NCBI GenBank assembly: GCA_964035545.1
Contig: OZ037770.1
Location: 6,396,729-6,460,728 of the forward strand
Source: Bugula neritina
Lineage: Eukaryota > Animalia > Bryozoa
Reading direction: 5' to 3'
Length of the DNA: 64,000 nucleotides
Made by a program: the position numbers and the translations under genes. Of this stretch, positions 1-37,800 are shown in pieces; within the stretch, counting starts at the first letter, position 1, and each line of letters starts with the position of its first letter. The notes below the pieces were generated by a model. It was not told the origin of the DNA. It did no database searches and worked only from the letters and a program-made list of their open reading frames with translations.

Positions 1-2
1 GG

Positions 3-518
3 GGAGTAGAGTTCAAGGATGGAAAAAACTGCCCAGACAACTACAATTCAGGGCCAATATTAACTCATTTCAGGTAAATATCTTAACTACCTATATACCA
101 CTATATATCATATATTGTATATATCATACAACAAAAGTAGACTGTTTCTTCCTAAAAATTAATCAAAGAAAATAAAATTAATTAAAGAAAATAAGCTTCC
201 ACTTGAAGAAAATTAAATGGAAATTCTTTACAACTTGAATCTAAATTGCATGTCCTAGCTTGAAAAAAATTGCATACAAAATTTGAACAGCTACTATCTA
301 ATTTTTATTAATTCTAAGCAGTACGTTTTATTTAACATGTTTGGTAACCACCAGAAAACTTTTTGTTAGATCGAGAAACATGAAAGACATTAACAACATG
401 CTGAAGACAAGCTGGGAGTTTTGCATCAGAAATAAAAACTCATTAAAAATTCCACTTTTGTGTGACATGCTGACAGATAAGAAGACAGCTGATAAGCAAG
501 GTAAAATATTCTTTTGAA

Positions 519-579
<61 letters not shown>

Positions 580-1520
580 GTTATTTATATGTTAATTACA
601 AGCAATTTGAAAAATGAGCAATAATTTTCTTCTGCCTAAAATGTCTATTGATAAAATTTTAACAGTGTCAAGAAAATATGAAGAAATCAAGCCTGCTATA
701 AGCAATGTGTTGAGTAGTTTGGCAAAGGACAAGCATAAAGAAGTAGAGAACTCTATTGCTGTTTCTGCATCCAATACCTTGAATGAAACAGATGAGAAGC
801 TTGATGAATCTTCATATGTGTGTGCTGTACCATTGTTGACACAATGTAAGTAATTTTAGATGCTGCCTCCCAATTTTAAAATTACTTATCAATTTGAAAT
901 ACATCAAATACACTAAGAAAAAATTATTTTAAATTGGCAGGCCAGACAGAGGTACCAAGCATTTTGCCTAAGAAACTTCAACAAAAGAACACAGTTACTG
1001 GTACGTTGCTTTAAGTATGGTTATCATACACATATAACATACTTATTTTCAGTAACATAAGTTATAGTCATTTAGATTTAGAAAATAGAACCATGCAGCT
1101 ACTATAATGACTTCAGGGCAGCCAATGCACTCACATGTAATCTGAAATAATTAGAATCACCCTGGTGTTTTACAGCATATATTTCTGCCCACCTTACTTG
1201 CAATCAGTTGCTTTTCAATTTTAGATCCTATGAGGAGTCTATGGCCTTACAGTAAAACGATTTTAGAAAGCTTTCTTTCAGCTAAACACCGGTTCAAACA
1301 ACATAACTCTTGCGTTAATAAATTAATGTTGAAATCTGCAAGCCATAAAGTAAAGCCATATTTCTTGAAATTTGTTAAAATATTAGAGGAAGAAGAAAAA
1401 GCAAAAACCATAAGCAAGTTCAGAGATAGAGGACTGATTTCTATGGAAAGTAACTCAGAAGACAATTGGAAGATTAAAATTATTAATTATTGGTTGAATC
1501 AAATTAATGAGTTTCTATAA
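3..1520 (+). pseudogene. 3' part of a spliced gene of unknown function with an in-frame TGA (exons <1-73, 355-500, 603-845, 941-1000, 1225-1520)
   Basis: Five GT-AG exons with matching phases (2,1,1,1) give GVEFKDGKNCPDNYNSGPILTHFRKLFVRS...DKQAI*KMSNNFLL...LLTQCQTEVPS...TVTDPMRSLWPY...INEFL*. They join track ORFs 614-853 and 1230-1520. TGA at 608-610. Confidence 0.6.
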
Positions 1521-2027
1521 TAAAATTATTTGCATCCTTTTTTTCTATTTTTTTTTCTAACTTTAAGAAAAATAAACCTAAAGGTGAAACCAAATCAATA
1601 TCAAAAGATGAAACTATTTTTTCTGAAGTGTAATTCAACATCACTAAACATGTTTGTTCTAGTTCAACATCATTATGATTAATATTATGACATGAGTCTT
1701 ACAGTTAGTGTTATTGATACTCATACTGATACTCAGTCTCATGTCGATACTCATAGCTGATGACTTTTATTAGATACGTCATTGCCAGTAACAAAATGAA
1801 TACAAATATATAAAAAATTTAATGAATAATAATTATAATAATAATATACATTATATTAAATTAAAATAATACTAATAGTAAATAATAAAAAATTATTATT
1901 AAAAATTACTAATATATTACTATTAGTATTAGCCGTAATACTAATAACTATAAGATCATCACTATGAATATTATGTGAGTATTTGCTGAAAAATTTACTT
2001 ACCCTGTCCCACAAAAAATACTTTCAC

Positions 2028-2600
2028 TGTTGTATAATTCCAATCTCAGTTTGTCACTTGGAGAGTGAGAATAATATAAACACGCAGACGGTACCCAGCT
2101 ATCGCACTTTGTACACTGTATAGGTCGCGAATAATGAGCCAATGTAATGGATTCTCATCCTCATTATTATAATTACTGTTGCGTATGTTTTGAATGCTGT
2201 AATTGTAGCTAAGTTGGGCTAGCTTTCTAATGCCTTATTATTGTGATTGTTGTTAAAGCTTTCAGTATAATGTAATTTTCATGAAATACGCATTCCAGAG
2301 TTATTTCCTCTTTTTGCTATTTTATCGTTTTGCATTAATACTGATACTGGAAATTTGTGTGGCTTTTATGAATACCTTCAATACATAGGTTGTCTACTTT
2401 TCTTTTGTTTCTGTCAAGCTTAACTTTCTTTTGTCTGTTGGAACATTCTAGATGTGAATTCTTGTGTATAAAAGCAGGCGAGTTTCCAGTATAGTTCAGA
2501 CTACTACTGGAGCTCGCTGGTAGTTGGGCCCTAAGCTGTATCTGATACAATAAAGGTTATCCTTATTTGTACTCAAATACTTGGCTTATTCTCTCTAACA
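2028..2600 (+). mobile_element. Possible solo LTR
   Basis: TGTT...AACA termini, TATAAAA near 2466, AATAAA near 2549; no clear TSD. Confidence 0.35.
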
Positions 2601-3003
2601 CAAAGAGTATGTTCAGGCACTAGTTGCATTCATAACCCACAGTTTACTACACCATAAATACAGCAATTTGCTTGAAGTCTCAGTATGTTCAGGAGTGGAT
2701 GTTTCATATTTTATAACCCCCCCCCCATTCAATATATAAACTCCCCATTCTAATTTTTTACTTTTGCGTTGTATTTACATGAATTATATTACGTTATTTA
2801 AATAATAATAGTTTAAGAAATATGCTGCAATTTTAGATAAAGTTACTTTTTCTAAATTAGGTTATTGTTTACTTCTCCCCCTAGCGTCACGACATCCTCA
2901 CGCTCTTTTGACATCAGTACAATCACGCATTCAAAGCTTATCATAACATTGTCAACATTGCATTGCATAAGCAGAGAGCTAGTAGCTAGTAACTAGTAAT
3001 AAG

Positions 3004-3490
3004 TGCGTTGGTGTCTTCTCACCTCTACATGTTCAACGAAGCGCGAAGTGATGCGCACTGCTAATTCCTCAGGGAAAAATATAGCATTTTCAGTGTATAA
3101 ATCACTAATTTATGAGAAATCTAGTAAGGTTATTGAAAAAATAAAAAAATTTACACTGGAGAAATATCTCAGGATTCCAACCGTGCAATTTTTATTCAGA
3201 TATCATGTTTTACTGCTGAGATATTTTACTGGTACTGAAAAGTCAGCTTTTCAGCCAAAATTGGCCAAAATTGGGCAGTTTTTTGTCTATAACTTTGCAA
3301 AAAAAGTGAAAATTGAAAATTCCAAAAAAGTTGCACTGAAGAAAAAGAAGATCTACAACATAGTTTTTAAATTTTGGCTCTAGCACAATTAGGGGAGATT
3401 TTATTTTACTGGTACTGAATTCTTATATGATTACAATGCAAACCTCAGTGAGGCAGTTGCAGCTAAAAGGTTGCCCTTAACTATCCTGTG
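3004..3490. mobile_element. Partial copy of CACAGG-TIR MITE (CMC/EnSpm-like)
   Basis: Reverse complement of ~17795-18280; ends CCTTAACTATCCTGTG|TA at 3490; the other end was not found. Confidence 0.75.
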
Positions 3491-3849
3491 TAAGGCTTGA
3501 TTCTTGCCAAACAGATCAGATTTGCTTATTGTCAGTAAAAAATGTATTTTGTTCAACATTTTTTAGTAAATCTTTTGATCTATTTGAGGGAAATTTGAAA
3601 TAAGTCATTGGTTTTTTTCCATACCCTTTCAGTAGAGAAATCACGAGTGAACTGCAGCTAGCACAGAGAACTGCTGCAATTCGGTGTGCAGTTCTAGGCC
3701 AGATGAAAGATTCTCCTTCTTAACAAACTAAAGAGCAGCTGAAAAATCTGAGACATATCACTGAAAAAAATACCAAATCTGATCCAACATTGGTTCTGAT
3801 GTCATTATTATCATTAATGCTGTCAAAAATAAGAGCGGGTATTATCTTT

Positions 3850-4830
3850 GTTTGCTTTTTAGCAAAGAATTATCGGGAACACTCACAATCATCCTAATGT
3901 AAGAGTCAGTTGGGTGGCCAGATGCTTTACATTTGTTTGTGTTGATTAGAAATGACTAGGAATATCAAACTTTAGATACGCCAGTGTGAGGTCTGCTAGA
4001 GCAGTAGTACCCATGGTCACCTCAATGAGACTACAGGACTTTAATACCTTTATACTAGCCAGCATTGCTGTTGGTGCTTGCCGACATGTTTGTGCCTATT
4101 CCACAGTTTGCCAGGCTAACAGCTGGACACTGGTGAGTACAAACCACTTCACTTATTATACTGACTCTCAGGCCATTACACATGCGTCTGTTCCTACAGC
4201 ACATGCCCTTTACCAGCGTGCATTCTGTTATTTTTGGTTACCTGAACAGTTTCACAACAACAAGGGTGTGCAGTTTTAGTTACAGTTCATGAGTGACCTC
4301 TGCAGAATCTCAAGTTAAACACAAGCAGGCAACACCTTTTATATCTGCAAGTAAATAGAACTTTGGAGCAGAACAAACAAAATATGTTGGGTGAGTCCCT
4401 AAAGGGCATGCTAATGAGTGGGAGCCAGGAAGAATGGGGCGATCTCCTGCCACAAATAATATGAGCCTACCACAACACACTCACTTCAGTACCCTAAACA
4501 CTTCAAATTTACTTACGATTGATCAAGAAACCAAAGTCTTGAATTACTTGACCTATTAAGTTCGACACCTGAGAGCTTGGTCTACAGGGACATGAACGAA
4601 CCGGTGGACCACATGGAGAGAACTCATGAGTTCAGGCAAGAAAAACAGTTGAAGGTCAATACCTAAGACCCCTAAGGAGCTCCTACTTTATCAAGTCAGA
4701 GACTGGGTCTGGATGAACAGTGATTGCCAGTGCCGCAGAAAATTGGCTATGTTGTAACCAAAGTTTGTGGCCCCATTAAAGTATTGGTGACTTTACTTAA
4801 CTATACATGATGTACTAATTTAAACACACT
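3850..4830 (+). mobile_element. Highly decayed Ty3/gypsy integrase remnant
   Basis: Broken frames resembling the rve core: LPEQFHNNKGVQF (cf. LPEQIHTDQGAQF), LGESLKGML..SQEEWGDLLPQI; many stops and frameshifts. Confidence 0.6.
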
Positions 4831-7006
4831 GCACAGATATTTACCCAAAATAAAGCACGCTTGAATCCATTAAGTAGAATGCTCTGATTGGGTCGGACAG
4901 GGACTTCTACTGTCAGGATAAGCCGTTGGCTAGCAGTGTGAAGGCAAGTGAACCAGCACCCACAGTGCAGCATAACCGTTGGTAAGCCAGAAGAGGTAGC
5001 GGAGTAACTATGTCACTTGCTCAGCCAAGACCAGTGTTAGCCTTAGATACTCATTGACTCTAGGGCATGGAAATTAGCCCCTGGGTTTTTCGAAGTATCA
5101 TGCAAACTATTATTGTGAGTGCTTCAAAGGAGGCATTGTAATTCAGTGCATGGTGTACCAATATGAGTATACACAACAATCTACACGAGAAAGTTGGCAA
5201 CAAACGTTTTTTATTTAGTTGGAGTTATTAAGTTGACATTAGGAAGTACATGTTACTAAGTAGATGTTGTACCAAAATTATTGCCCTTTTGTAAGTTACT
5301 TGTGAGGGTTTATAGATGAAAGTATGAAAAGCTGTTTTGATATCCACATATCTTTTTGGATAGTATTTGCTGCTGTAAGTGAAACTGAAAGGAAAATGCA
5401 GGGTAAAACAGTAATATATTTATAATTGTCAGCTTGATAGCCAAAGTAGCTTTGACAAGAAAGAGTGTGACTTGCAATGCATTAGAAAAGCTTTGTATCT
5501 AAGGATAATCTATTTTGCAAATCAGTCCGTTACTACTGATGAAGCGGGGCAGTAATATTAGAAGCTGCAGCCTAAAAAGCTGATGATAAAGTTGAAAATG
5601 TGTTCAAATGCAAAATGACAGTTATAGATGAAGCTAGCCAGCTGCTACTACAGTACTAATGCAAGCACATTCTAACACGCTCTGAGTCCTTTCCATTCAC
5701 AGTTGTCAGACAAGCAGCACCCTCATATTACCTCTTCAACTCATAATCAGCTTACCGACAGATGTCACGACAAAGTCGAGTACTGACACAGACATAAATG
5801 AATTACATGGCAGTGGTAATTTCACCTCTAGCATCAGAGATAGGTCTAATGGTCGACCGACAGTCTACATCTGCTTGAAGGATATAGTTAGACATGCTTG
5901 AAGACGTGAGTGAGTAATTAGACAAGGACCTGGGTTCGTCAAATAATTAATGACATCTGTGACCCTTGAAGAACAAGCCATATACCTGACCAGTGAGTTA
6001 GAATAGTGTATGGCAGAAATAACAAAGCTAAGGCGCCACCTCGGTCACTTGGAGCAAAAGGCTCATCCTCAACGCTAAGGTCAGATTTTCCAAAGACGGG
6101 TGTAGACAGATGTTCTCATTGGTATTACACAATCTACATGAGGTAATGAGCTTTCCAGCAAAAATTTAAATCAATCACCTAAATTTTAATCTGGAAGTTT
6201 AATTTTTACTCTGAATGAGTTTTCAAATTGCCTGGAACAGCTAAATTAACCAATTTATCTGTTCGTGTATTCTATTTGCAGCATAAAGCTACTGTATTAT
6301 AATGATGTAACCAGTTTGAGCCTATCTGTCATCATATGAAATCAGACACATGATCTGCATGCATATTATACATGTATTTTTGCAGCCTAGTTATGAAACA
6401 TTATTATTGAAGTCACTATAAAGTAAATTCAAAGTAACTTACTATCGACCTTCAAGTCATGCAAGAAACTCATATAACAAAGAAGTCATTTATCCTGAGC
6501 ACTCAAGTATTCAGTATAGTCAGCCAAATGATATTTCTGCAGTATATGCTCAGAAGACACTTGAAAACTTCAGTTTTTTAGCTATTCTTTATGTAAAGTT
6601 TATTTGAATTACAATTGCGAAAAACGTCTATAATATGTTATGGTCACAAAAAAAACTAAAAAAATATCATACGGATGCTATAAAATTGCATTCATTTTTT
6701 TGGTATTTGTAGTAGAAAAGAGAACATAGATAAACAATGCAACTCAACAAAATATTTACTTGTGATGTTGATTATATTTATTAGTAATAAAATTGTTAGT
6801 ATGTAAAAGTAAATATTTTCATTATTAACATTAGGAACAAATGTGACTATATCTAAATTTCAGCTATAGCAAGTTATTTCTATTATTAAACTGAATTTTT
6901 TTTCAGCAACATTAGCACTGTCGACTAGATATAACAACTGGCAAGTGTAAACAGGATCATATAGTAACTATCACATATACTTAGTGGTGCACCATCTGCA
7001 TTATTG

Positions 7007-30623
<23,617 letters not shown>

Positions 30624-31889
30624 GATTTTAACACAAACACATGAATGATGTTGTTGAGTAGAATGGTGATATTGTATCACAGTGTTTATTTGTGATTAAT
30701 CAAAAGTATATCAAATAAGTTAATTGTAAAAAGCATAAGCGAAAATTCTTTGAAATTTGAAAAAAAAAAACAATTAAAAAAACCAATAAAAATTTGGATT
30801 GTTGAATTGCCAGCCTCATCTGTAATACATGTATGTTGTATTTTTCTTGAATTTCAAAAACAGTTATTCATCACATAATTATAATATAACGCAGAAGTAA
30901 ACGCTAAATTTTTTTTACATATATTTATAGACATGCAGGCAACTTGCTGATTCATTTTTGTAAGTTTTCTTAACATTTAAATCTCTCAGACAATTAATAT
31001 TTATATGAAAAACTATTGCTTTTTCAAATCCTGAAACAAGAAATCCTTTACATGATCAATATTTCATCAGCAGACTTATAATATAAAATGCTGTGACCAG
31101 TTTAAACCTATCCAGCACTGTATGACATCAGAGACAAGGTCTGCCATTTTATTTAAAGGATGAGTTAAGAAAATTGTCATTAAAATTACTTCGAAGTTAA
31201 AGTACTTCATTGTTGGCTAATTACCCTATTCAGAGTCATTTAACTAACTAATGTAACAAAGAAGTCAGTGCTACAACTCTATACAAGATTACTGTGAATG
31301 CTTTATTCTCTAGGGAAATCTTCAAAATGGCAATTTTCTAAATTAATAAAGAAAATCTATCTTCTTTATGTTGTTTAATTTAATACACACTCATGAAGTT
31401 GATTTATTATACAATATAAAATTATTCATATAATGTTATGATGTTATAATGCTAAGACAGAAAAAGTAAATTTTATGCGGTTATTATGCAATTTTATTAA
31501 CGTTTCGGTATTTGTAGTAAAAAAGAAAACATAAATCACCAATGTAATTCAACAAAATATGTACTAGTGATGTTAATTATGTTTATTAGTAATATAATTG
31601 ATAGTGCATACAAGTAAATATTTTATTTAATAACATTAGGGACAAAAATGACTATATCTAAACTTAAGCAATAAAAAATTATTTCTACAATTGAACTGAA
31701 TTTTGTCTCAGCATCTGCCAGTGCTATTAACACTGTTAAGTAGATATAACAATTGGCAGGTATAAAAAGGATCATATATAATAATTATCACAGACTGAGT
31801 GGTCCACCATCTGCTTTATTGATATAAATGAGCTTTTGGAATTGGAGGTAAGGGAGGACCAGAAAACTTATATTGGTGAGAACCTGGTG

Positions 31890-34800
31890 TCAAAACTCTG
31901 AATTCACTTCGCTCAGTTTGGTATCAACTTTTTTCTCTTGTTGTTTTTTTCTAAAGTGAACAAAAATGTGTTAGGTAAAGCAATATTGACAATGTGTTTT
32001 GTCAATTTCATTACAATAGACTACTATATTATAAGTATTTCATCAAATTATAGTTTTTGCAACACAAACTATTATATTTGATTGATTCACAATTCAGTTT
32101 ATTCATATCAATATTTCATTACTCCAGCTTCATCAGTAGTTTTGTATGCACTTTGTTACAGAGTTTACATGTTGTGGAATTTATATAGATATAACTTATT
32201 CCTAATTATTCAATTACTGTGCTTTAAATTTAAAATACAAAACAATAGTTAGCTAAGCTCTTTCGTATAAGAACGTTTTTCTGAAATCAGTTTGTTTATT
32301 ATCCAACTGCTGCGTCTCTGACCATTTCAATCCAAGAATCAAGTAGAGCTAGCAGCAGTTATTAGGTATTTACATAAACAAACAACAAATTGTCAAAAGA
32401 TACAAATTTGATGATTCAAATATAAAGCTTGCATTCAATCATTATTAGTCTAGTCAGGTTAAGAAAAGATAGTAAACATGTTTAGCAGAATAATTATTAT
32501 GCTAAAAGGAATGAGGAACTAACCCAATCTGCAAGGCAGTCCATACGGCCAGCACAGTCAGCACAGTAACAATTATCACAACTGTCGGGATTACCCAATA
32601 CAATGATGGCTCTAGAAAATCAGTCAACAAAAAGTGTTTAGTTTTACCATAAATATTTTAACGATAATTCGTTTTAGACCTTAACAACACAAATTTTAAA
32701 TGGCTACCTTTTGCCTAACCTTCCCCAAAGTGTCAAAAATTAAATAACTCATAATAATTTATTTTTGGGCTATAGCAACCTTTAATACCTAATTTTAATA
32801 GACTCTTTACCATTAGCTTTACCAACACAGTTAGTTTAAGGTCATTACTTTCCAGATTCAGGCACTGCTTTATGTTATATATAAACGGTTTCCAGGGGAT
32901 AGCTCGAACAGTTTTTGTTTCACATTAATAAATTTTACATGAAAAGATAGCTCTTGCATTCCTCTTTCATATACTTTTTTAATTTTTCAATAAAAAATTT
33001 TCTGAGAGAGTTGTTGCATAATAAGTAAAATTTTACACCCTCCATGTTCCACTGCTGTAGCACAGGGGATTCATTTTATAAAGTCTAAAAGTTATGTTTT
33101 CTCTAATATACTTTCTTTGTTTTTTGAAATTCTGTTTATGCTCTTCACAATTTGGTAAAAACATACACCATTTTGCAAGTTTCACTGCAATTTTCTAAAT
33201 TCTTCATATGGTGGTTCTAGCTACGCTCCTGTGACTAATTATAACATTCCTAGTACGTTTGCCGCTCTGCGGCTATCACAATAACATATAGTACCCTCTC
33301 GCACAAATTGGCAATCTATTGGATTTCTGCCAATATAATGTTCCCTGTTTTACATTAGCACTTAGCTGAATCATCTCACTATGTTACAATAATATATTGA
33401 AAATGCCTCAGCACAACATAATTCTTTGTTTGTTTGGCAGAGTTAATTTCAGCTAAATCACTTCACATAGCAGTCTTGTCAGTAAAGGTCTGTCTATGAC
33501 TGGCTGGTTGCCAAAAAAATGTATCACAAATTTTGTAATTATACATCAAAAATAGAACTAGCTAGGCAGCAGGTTAGAATAGAGTAAATTTTTAAAACAT
33601 GAAATCATGATTTGACTATTGTTTTATTTAGGCCAACCAACCTAGGAATACAAAATTGGGTTTTAGCTGACAGTTTATAACATTTAGCTTTTGAGCCAGC
33701 AGCACTGGCACTTGTGAAGTATAGGCAAAGTTAGTGAAGCGAGACTAACAAGCACTCAAATACAAGGCATATTGAGACACAATAACAAGTTAGGAGCGTA
33801 TAAATTGAAAAGAATGTGGAAGGGGGACTATGTTTTTCAACAAGCTATAACTTAAACATGAATTGGCTTTTGAAAAAAAATAAAAAAGTATATTGGAGAA
33901 CATAAGTTTCTTTATCTTTTCATATTTTTTTTGTTCCTGTGACATTCAACCTGTTCGAGCTATCAGTGGAACATTGTTCATATAGAACATAAAGCACCTG
34001 GCAAAGAGCCATAAAATGAAAAGTATGACCTTAAACTAACTGTGAAAACTTAATATTTTAAAAACAAAAATGTTTCACCTATAATTACAATAAAATAGAA
34101 ACAATATCTTCACCCAAAACTATAGCTACTTAAATACTTTGATTAAAAAAAAATTGCGTACATCATTCTGACCTTTAGGTAGGACTTCAGGAATAACTTC
34201 CTGTTTAAAAATTGTTGACTGACTAAGTCTATCAGCAATTCCAGCTCTCAAAGTTGCACTAAAACTCGCAGATACTTGGCTTGTATTAGAAAGTGTGTAT
34301 GTGAACGTAAACCCTTGACTTGAGTTTGATACTCTGATGTCTTCCAGACATTTGTCTGACTTTGAACAGATGGTGAGAATAAAATATCTTTGAATCTGCA
34401 AATAGAACCTGGTAAAAGAAGTTTTTTGCTCACCATATGATTTGTATAGCTCATTCAACATGTTTATTATGTTATTGATTATATAATATAATAGTTGAAG
34501 TTATTTGCTCGCTCATTGACTATAAATAAACTGCTTCTACAACCTATTCCCTTTATTTAACTGGTTGTTATCTACAAATCGCCAAAAACATTACCAGAGA
34601 ATTGTCCTGAAAAAGCCATTGTTATAGTTTTAAACAGCATTTCCTGCGTATGATAATTTCAGATATGTGATGAACCTTCAATTTCAAAAGTACTACTGTT
34701 AAGTTGCGTTTATACCTTCACGATTTTCGGTCAAAATTACAATTTGGCTGGGTTGAAATTTCTCCGAGTTGCATTGCATTGTAAAAGCCACTCGTTGAAA

Positions 34801-37800
34801 ATTTTGTACTGTGATAACTTAATCGGCCAATTTTAGAATAGGAGTAATAACTCCTTGTAAACATCGCTATTTAGTAATTACTTTGGCGATTAGACAACGT
34901 ACTTATACGGTTATAATTATATAGCCTACACCTTCTCAATTATCGCTTTTATGCTTTCCGCTTCACTAATTCACGACATTTACAAAGGGCATCAAATAGC
35001 TATTATGCGAGTCAAATTTCAATTTCAGAAAGTGAACAACCGCATCAATATGATTTCAAAGAGTTTAAGTTTGACTATAAAGGGGTACCCGGAAAAGCGT
35101 TACTAACTTAAACTTGGTACTTTTTTCAGCATAGGTATAAACGCAACTTTAAACATAATATAATATGACATTAATTATTAGACCACTTACGCTGTTAGGT
35201 TTGACACTCCAATAAAACCTAATGTTTGAAGGATCTATTATGTACTTTGCTTTGATGGGTTGTGCTGGTGCTAAAACAGTTTCATTTTTTAAAACCATTT
35301 TCTATAGGCCCACGCACTCATGCAAAATTTGCATATATGGGTCATTTTACTTAATTTGGTACACACTGGATATCTTCAGTTTTTGGCTAATTTTCACAAT
35401 TTAGCTGATAATTAACATGGTTTTTTAGCCAAAACTAGTAAAACACCAATAAATACACCTAAATAATCAAATTTATTTTTAATTTTGCTTCATTTCCCAT
35501 GTTTTTCCCTAATTATTCAGCTAATTCTGGTTACGAACCGTTACGGTTTTTTCGTAACGGTCCGCACGTATAGAATATTAGGTGCATATGAAAATGACCT
35601 GTGCTTTAATGTTGGGGAATCTCCTCCCAGCCTTTTCTGTTATGCGCAGTTAAAAACAGCACATAAAAATACCATATATAGTAAATTTCAATTGATTTTG
35701 AGCATACTTTAATGTTAGGTCATAAGTTGCTGGTTTGTACTAAATGAAGTAAACTGACTCTTATGCAAATTGCATAATTTTGTTTTGTCAAACAGATCTT
35801 TTAACTACGCTGCTTGCGCTAAAAAGTGTTTTTAAGATCTGTATACAAGCCTGGCAGGTATAATATAGTTGGATAGTTTTTATATTGGCTAAGCTAATGA
35901 CAATATAGTCTATTATAAAATATGTGAGCTATCATAATATCAGGAGTTGCCCTACCAGCCATTGTACAGCCAAAATAGCTACAAGCTACAAATCCGGACA
36001 AACAGAGTGAAGGCTCTCTTACATCTAGAAGCGTCGTACTGGTAAAACTTATTATTGCGATATGGTATTAGTTAGTCTGAACAAAGCAAAATTTTAGCCC
36101 AACACAGACACAGAAAACGCAGTCTAAACTATTATAAGTATATTTGCAAGATTTTAAGGCAACGTAACAATGTAAATAAGTCAGTGAGCAGTTGTTCTTT
36201 CAAATACAAGAAATACTATTTTTTGCAGCAAGAACTAGTATTCTGGAAAAGGCCAAATACAGGTAATACTTCAAACTACAATGTCAATTATTGCCTAGCT
36301 ATTACTAGACATGCACTTTTAAAAACCAGGTTAGCTCAATACCCTATAACAAGTTGAGATCTTACCAGAATGGAAAACCGAAGTGAAATTATTCAATGAC
36401 GGAACCTTCTTTCCTTTAAATAAAACTGAGGTCCATGATTCAAAGGAGTAAATTTTTCCGTGAGTAAATTTGGTAAATTTCCATACACTATGAGCTACCT
36501 AAAACATTTTAAGTAAATTATTAATTTATCACATGTCTCAAAAAATTAGAGCCTATATTTAATACTAGGGTTGAACTGGTTTAGAAAGTTTTTGCTTGAA
36601 ACTATTGGTAATAAAATCTAAAATCAATACTGACTCTTCAAAATGGATTTGAAACTGCATTATACTGTAACCTATCATCACTTTGATAAGCATTATGTTG
36701 AAGAAACTATTATAACATTTGATTTTGATTACAGCTGGATCAGCATGTCAAAGAAAAAAATGTTTTAGTCAATTTTGAAAATTGTTTTTCTTTTGCTGCT
36801 TACAGATCAATATGCCAGCTAGCTGGTAGAGAATTGATCTTGTTTTCTATAATCACATGGCTTAAATTTTTATATCTTTTACAATAAACAGTAATTCTTC
36901 TAAGAAAAAAAACTAAAATAATTTTGTCATATTTGCATAATTTCTTCCTAGTTAAAAACCTATCTTCAGTAAAGCATTTTGCCCAAACTACAGTAAGATT
37001 GTTACGTATATAGTGACAAATAAAGTAAGTAAAATATCTCAGCCACCAACTAAATTAGATGGTAGTAGGAGCAAGCAGTCGGTATGTTGATTCACCAGTC
37101 TATCAACTAGATATTATGGTAAGTAACAACAACAACTCTTGAAACAATACTTGGCCAATAATATCGTTATTGCATGTGTTAATATAACTTTCCCCATCAG
37201 TCAAGGATTGACATTTGGGTTACTTCTTACTCAATACTAAACACTGATAAAATTTACTATGAGTTGTAGTTTTTCTATTAAAAGTGTGCGCGCATAAATA
37301 CAAGTTGTATTTGCCTATTTTATTGCTTGTGTTTTTAGGTACAATTTTGTGCTTGTGAGTGTGTGTTTATGTGCATTGATGGGTTTATGTTTCTTCTTGT
37401 GTTTATGCATGTTTGTGTCTGTTTTTCTATGTATTGGTCTGTGAATTTGTCTATGTGTTTGTTCGGCTGTTTGTGTACTTGCAACTGATAAACCTAATTG
37501 AAAAAAACTTAATTGCACCTTTTCTAGTAGTATTGGCTTAGAAGCATCTGTATAGCCACGGATATGAAGTTCATCAAATTTATTTTTCTTTGATGTTGGT
37601 CGAATAACATCCACTTGCAGTTCATCTTCCTCAACAGTAATCTTCATATCTGTTGGTGGAAGGGGATCTGACAAAATAGAAATATTTTCAGGTTTGCCAT
37701 TCCTTTGTTTGGGTTTATAAAAATTATATTAATTGAACAAAAAGCACAAGTTACTTTAAATTTTAGAGAAACGTTACTATCATAAAAAGTATAATTAGTA

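Noticed and set aside
1150-1180. Kringle-like PWCFT peptide
   Set aside because: It falls in a predicted intron with no other kringle cysteines in frame.
3003-3383. 126-aa ORF and its paralogue 17908-18192
   Set aside because: They lie inside a MITE, show no recognisable domain, and their starts and ends are not conserved.
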